Shown here: positions 40,197 through 42,032 of the stretch, piece after piece | Layout of the letters: every line of letters begins with the position of its first letter | Numbering within the stretch: position 1 is the stretch's first letter | IMG/VR virus record: IMGVR_UViG_3300045988_070658 | Source of the DNA: a virus | Reading direction: 5' to 3' (one strand) | Length of the DNA: 42,032 nucleotides | Program-made: the position numbers and the translations under genes | The notes under the pieces: generated by a model | The model's database searches: none | The model's input: only the letters and a program-made list of their open reading frames with translations | What the model was told of the DNA's origin: nothing

Positions 40197-42032
40197 TTGA
40201 GCAGCGATATCGTAACTTACCCGCTGAATGGCATCACCTATACGGCAGAAGAAGCCGCCGGGTATCACTCGGCCAGAACTTCGGGCGTCTACTGCCTTGA
40301 CGAGGATTTCAAAGTCAGTCTCTCGAGCGGCGGCAAATCGGTACGGATCAGCTCTGGCAGAGCATGGGTGCACCCCAGCCGCTTTACCGGCTACAGCATC
40401 ATTATGCAATGGCCTGTCACACTGGCTTTGTCGACGCCCACACTTTTGTGCTCTCGCGTCGACCGCGTGGTGCTCCGGTTTGACAGGCGCGCCCGCCGCT
40501 CCTATCTGACAGTGCTGAAGGGCACGGAGATCTTCGGTGGTACCCCCAGCAGCTCTGCAGCGCCCCAGATCACCCGCAACGAATACGTATACGACCTGTG
40601 TCTGGCAGAGATCCGGTATTTCGCCGGTACGAATATCATCCCAAGTCTCATAGACACCCGAGGCGATGAGTCTCTCTGCGGCCTGATGCGCGACGGCGTG
40701 ACCCGCATCCCGGAGCTGACCATCGGCACTGTGACCACAGGCGAGACCGCCAGTGCCACCATCAAAAACGGCGTGCTGAGCCTTGTGCTGCCGAACGGCA
40801 ACGGCGGCAGCAGCACCGGCGGCTCCGGCCTGAGCGAGACCAGCAAGACCCTGCTGCTGTCCCTTTTGGAAAACGCCGCCTACACCAGCCCCTCCATGCA
40901 GGCGCAGCTGAACGCCCTGCGCACCGAGTGGAGCAGCAGCGGCGGTGGCAGTGACGAGATCCCGGTACAGAGCGTAAGCCTGAGCAGCAGCGCCCTGACC
41001 CTGAACGAGGGCGAGAGCAAGACCCTGACCGCCACCGTGCTGCCTGCGGACGCCACCAATAAAAGTGTCATCTGGACGGTGACCCCAACCGGCATTGCCA
41101 CCGTGGTAAATGGCACTGTGACGGCCAGCAAGGCGGGCGGCTGCACCGTTACGGCTATGGCAGGCGGTAAGAGCGCCAGCTGCACCGTGACGGTCAAGGC
41201 CGCAGCAGCAGAAGCCGAAGCAACCCTGCTGTACACTCTGTCGTCCGCAACCACCACGTCCTCGGCAGACAAGACCTGTCTGGATACCGGGCTGCAGCTG
41301 CTGGCAAAGGCATCCACCGAGACCCCGCAGTACACCATTTTGTGGGAAGCGCAGGTAGCCGATAATGCAGACGCAAGCACGTGGCCGAACATGATCAACT
41401 GCCAGACCGAGAAGGGCAACTTTACTGATATGCCGGGCTTTAACGGCAACCTGAACCCGAACACCGGCACGCTCGATTTTGCCTATTATAAATATTCCTT
41501 TGACGATGCACGTCTGTGCGATACACTGGAGCACGCAAAAACCAAGACGCGCTATGCCGTTCAGCTGAACGGAGCACAGTATCGTGTCGGCAGCACCCAT
41601 TGTACCTTGAGCGGATGGAAAAAGACCGGCGATACGGTCAAGGATGTGCCGGAAACGCTTATCTTTGGCGCAGCCTACACCGCAACGGGCGAGCACACCC
41701 GCTTTCTGGACTGTACCATCTCCCAGTGCATGGTGTACAAGGGTCTGCTGAGCGACAGCAAGCTCCAGTCGTACATCAATGGCGAGTGGGGCAACGATGC
41801 GGAGACAGTCCCGGTGCAGAGCGTCAGCCTGAGCCAGTCTGCCCTGACCCTGAAAAGGGGCGGCAGCGCTACACTGACTGCTACTGTGCTGCCTGCGGAT
41901 GCCACCAACCGTGCAGTGGTCTGGACGGTAAGCCCCAGCGGCTATGCAACGGTATCCGCTGGCAAGGTAACTGCCGCGAAGGCCGGCACCTGTACGGTGA
42001 CCGCCACCGCAGGCGGCAAGAGCGCCAGCTGC
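40197..42032 (+). CDS. Tail fibre / receptor-binding protein, N-terminal 611 codons (open at the window end, continues at nt 120)
   Basis: Absent from the ORF track because there is no stop before the window end. TTG 40197 lies 6 nt after AGGAGGG. N-terminal anchor region of about 255 aa, then two tandem [Big_2 Ig-like + beta-rich domain of about 200 aa] modules (40962-41810, then 41811-42032 plus 120-701). Confidence 0.8.
   Translation, partial: MSSDIVTYPLNGITYTAEEAAGYHSARTSGVYCLDEDFKVSLSSGGKSVRISSGRAWVHPSRFTGYSIIMQWPVTLALSTPTLLCSRVDRVVLRFDRRARRSYLTVLKGTEIFGGTPSSSAAPQITRNEYVYDLCLAEIRYFAGTNIIPSLIDTRGDESLCGLMRDGVTRIPELTIGTVTTGETASATIKNGVLSLVLPNGNGGSSTGGSGLSETSKTLLLSLLENAAYTSPSMQAQLNALRTEWSSSGGGSDEIPVQSVSLSSSALTLNEGESKTLTATVLPADATNKSVIWTVTPTGIATVVNGTVTASKAGGCTVTAMAGGKSASCTVTVKAAAAEAEATLLYTLSSATTTSSADKTCLDTGLQLLAKASTETPQYTILWEAQVADNADASTWPNMINCQTEKGNFTDMPGFNGNLNPNTGTLDFAYYKYSFDDARLCDTLEHAKTKTRYAVQLNGAQYRVGSTHCTLSGWKKTGDTVKDVPETLIFGAAYTATGEHTRFLDCTISQCMVYKGLLSDSKLQSYINGEWGNDAETVPVQSVSLSQSALTLKRGGSATLTATVLPADATNRAVVWTVSPSGYATVSAGKVTAAKAGTCTVTATAGGKSASC
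41914..42032. repeat. Terminal direct repeat, right copy (identical to 1-119)
   Basis: Same evidence as the left copy. Confidence 0.9.

Larger units (their letters stand above)
1..42032. mobile_element. Complete temperate siphovirus-type phage genome, circularly closed (unique length 41,913 bp)
   Basis: Full set of integration, immunity, replication, packaging, head, tail and lysis modules. Nt 1-119 are identical to nt 41914-42032, and one ORF reads in frame across that junction. Confidence 0.85.

Noticed and set aside
40962-42032. Diversity-generating retroelement (template/variable repeat pair) acting on the duplicated fibre modules.
   Set aside because: There is no reverse transcriptase gene in the genome. 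The two modules differ by substitutions of all kinds and by indels, not by adenine-specific changes. Both copies are in frame within one gene.
1-42032. CRISPR arrays, rRNA genes, complete tRNA genes, insertion sequences or transposases.
   Set aside because: I saw no regularly spaced direct repeats with unique spacers, no transposase-like ORF, and no rRNA-like or tRNA-like structure beyond the att fragment.

Overview
The window is one complete temperate siphovirus-type phage genome, closed into a circle. Nt 1-119 are identical to nt 41914-42032, so the unique length is 41,913 bp, and the junction falls inside the tail-fibre gene. The genome is GC-rich, and nearly every gene has an AGGAGG-type RBS. 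This suggests a high-GC Firmicutes (Clostridia-like) host, but that is inference only.

Gene order:
- Tail fibre C-terminus, SGNH esterase, M15 endolysin and holins (1-2619).
- attP, which carries a tRNA 3' end, next to a tyrosine integrase (2854-4252).
- cI/Cro/Rha immunity switch (4666-6666).
- Early genes, including a MazF-like toxin (7351-7710).
- Replication module: DUF2800 nuclease, DUF2815, family A DNA polymerase, VirE/P4-like primase-helicase, VRR-NUC and SNF2 (8438-17043).
- Sigma region-4-like protein, DUF4417, two ADP-ribosyltransferase-like plus Lys-rich gene pairs, and a ParB-methyltransferase (17092-21689).
- terS, terL, portal and a MuF-like protein (21841-26373).
- A roughly 3-kb accessory island (26377-29324).
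- Scaffold, capsid, connector, tail, tape measure, Dit, Gp37-like protein and fibre (29707-42032).

Most noteworthy observations:
1. Three co-oriented copies of an AT-rich, hairpin-rich element of about 231 nt, built from 9-bp RCATACRRN iterons, sit at module junctions. The densest array lies directly after the primase gene.
2. A consensus promoter plus terminator defines an RNA of about 80 nt that diverges from int.
3. A conserved TCATAACGTTTT-N17-TGnTAnnnT promoter-like motif occurs four times.
4. A tandemly duplicated ART-like plus Lys-rich-tail gene cassette is translationally coupled to DUF4417.
5. A seven-gene minus-strand operon of small unknown proteins, with a divergent HTH regulator, is inserted within the head module.
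6. A MazF-like toxin is followed by an HTH protein with an acidic tail.

All functional calls come from motif recognition and synteny by eye. No database search was run.
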